Source of the DNA: Candidatus Cloacimonadota bacterium | GTDB taxonomy: Bacteria > Cloacimonadota > Cloacimonadia > Cloacimonadales > WRIO01 | Direction of reading: 5' to 3' | DNA length: 17,406 nucleotides | NCBI GenBank assembly: GCA_029564175.1 | Contig: JAKQQL010000435.1 | Span: forward strand, 1 to 17,406 | Shown: positions 16,053-17,406 of the stretch, one piece after another | Layout: every line of letters begins with the position of its first letter | Position numbering within the stretch: the first letter of the stretch is position 1 | Program-made: the position numbers and the translations under genes | The notes under the pieces: generated by a model | Database searches by the model: none | The model's input: only the letters and a program-made list of their open reading frames with translations | What the model was told of the DNA's origin: nothing

Positions 16053-17300
16053 TTAAATTTCTGAAAGTCGTTTGGCAATCAATTCAAGTACATTATCTTC
16101 AAAGGAATCCAAGTATATCTTGGTTGTCTCGATGGAAGAATGACCAAGTGCCTCAGAAATAACCTCGATTGGGATAAGACCACTTTTTAAAAACGTTGAA
16201 AAACTATGCCGTGCCCAGTTAGTTGATATCGATCTTTCGAGACCCAAATCTTCGGATATTTTCTTCATATGTTTATTGATATTGCGTGTAAATGACATTA
16301 CCATATCACGCTCTTGCTTTGCCTTCCATCCATGTTTCAGTATGTTGAACACATAAGCATCAGGAGATTTATCCTGATTGCCGTAATCGTCAATACATGA
16401 TTGAATTTCAGGTGTGATTAGAATTCTTACAGGTTTACTGCTTATGGTTGTATCTTCGGTCTTAATGCGCTCAATAATAATCTTATTACCGACAATGTCT
16501 TTATATTTCAGATGGCATATATCTGTCATATTAATGCCGTAAGCATGTAATGCGAACCACCAAAACCTGAATGCCTTCCTTTGTGCTGGTGTTTGTGGTT
16601 TGTATTGTTTAAGTTTTGCTAACTGGTCTGCCGACAACGCTTTCTTTTTCGTTTCCTCGGTTTTAATAATGAATTTTTTATCACGCCTTTTCTGTGAGAA
16701 TGGATAGTCTTCCTGTTTTGCCAGTTTTTCTGCAATTGCCATATTGTAAATAGCACGCATGCATCGCAGGTTTAATCCGATATAATTAATCTTCTTGCCA
16801 GACTTTTTCATTTGATTTTCATAGTCTTTCAGGAAATCAACGGTTACCTGATTTATAAACAATCGCTTTCTTAAACGTTGGAACGAATTACGTGCGTTAC
16901 GATATATTCCCGCATTGCCTACTTTCCCTTTTCGTTCCTGATCTGCTATAAATCTGTCAAAAAGTGCATAAACGTCATGGCTTACTAATTGTGAACTGTC
17001 CTGCTTCTCGAAGGCAGTCTTGAATTTCTGGAATGTGAAGGGTTCTTCAATCTCTTTCAGTGTGGCTTCAAACTTTTCTCCCTCATAATAATCCAGTTTC
17101 GTTTTAATGTCTTTCAGCGTCTGGTCTCGAAGTTTCGGACTGTTGATTTTCTCCCATTCTTTTTTGGTTAATTTTATCGGTAATCCAAACAACCTGTTTT
17201 TTCCGAGATAATAAACATTTAATTTAACAGGATATTTGTTATTTTTGAGTTCTTTACGTGTATCAAGGTAGATGTTTGCCGTTGGTTTTGAAATAGCCAT
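16053..17300 (-). CDS. int: Tyrosine recombinase/integrase (Bacteroidota type, with arm-binding and SAM-like domains)
   Basis: N-terminal YLDTR...YPVKLNVY arm domain, core-binding region, GINMTDICHL, RIKT, WARHSFST, ALGHSSIETTKIY (catalytic Tyr). Confidence 0.95.
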   Translation of the reverse strand: MAISKPTANIYLDTRKELKNNKYPVKLNVYYLGKNRLFGLPIKLTKKEWEKINSPKLRDQTLKDIKTKLDYYEGEKFEATLKEIEEPFTFQKFKTAFEKQDSSQLVSHDVYALFDRFIADQERKGKVGNAGIYRNARNSFQRLRKRLFINQVTVDFLKDYENQMKKSGKKINYIGLNLRCMRAIYNMAIAEKLAKQEDYPFSQKRRDKKFIIKTEETKKKALSADQLAKLKQYKPQTPAQRKAFRFWWFALHAYGINMTDICHLKYKDIVGNKIIIERIKTEDTTISSKPVRILITPEIQSCIDDYGNQDKSPDAYVFNILKHGWKAKQERDMVMSFTRNINKHMKKISEDLGLERSISTNWARHSFSTFLKSGLIPIEVISEALGHSSIETTKIYLDSFEDNVLELIAKRLSEI

Positions 17301-17320
17301 ATTTGGATACAGATTAAAAA

Positions 17321-17345
17321 ATTTGCAATGAAATTTGCAATATAA
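17321..17345 (+). repeat. Right copy of 25-bp terminal direct repeat ATTTGCAATGAAATTTGCAATATAA
   Basis: 24/25 identical to 236-260; lies 20 nt upstream of the integrase start codon. Confidence 0.85.
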
Positions 17346-17406
17346 AAGTATGAATTATCATGAAATAAAAAAATATGGCAAGAAAAATCGAGTTCTTTAA
17401 AACACT

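Larger units (their letters stand above)
169..17406. mobile_element. Integrative element / genomic island inserted at or just after tRNA-Gly(CCC); right boundary possibly just beyond the window
   Basis: tRNA at the left end, tyrosine integrase at the right end, a 25-bp direct repeat near both ends, and xis-like HTH, Rep-like gene, resolvase and RM cargo inside. Confidence 0.88.

Noticed and set aside
169..17406. Prophage or complete conjugative element
   Set aside because: No terminase, capsid, tail, lysis, VirB4/VirD4 or tra genes in the window.

Overview
Almost the whole window is one ~17 kb integrative mobile element. It lies just downstream of a tRNA-Gly(CCC) gene and is bracketed by a near-perfect 25-bp direct repeat (236-260 and 17321-17345). 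A Bacteroidota-type host is inferred from the lipoprotein signals, the integrase type and A-rich starts without obvious Shine-Dalgarno motifs. The right-hand core module on the minus strand reads: tyrosine integrase, RteC-like putative activator, inverted-repeat cluster, excisionase-like HTH, Rep_trans-like nicking protein. Next comes a complete type I restriction-modification operon (hsdM-hsdS-X-hsdR), where X is a NucS-like PD-(D/E)xK/DUF4268 nuclease in the slot that PrrC occupies in EcoprrI. The left part carries two XRE-family HTH genes, a small serine recombinase, a tight array of six unrelated predicted lipoproteins, a stand-alone M41-like zinc peptidase and a GC-rich structured non-coding patch near the left end. 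No conjugation, HUH-type relaxase or phage structural genes are visible. All family calls come from motif recognition by eye, not from database searches.
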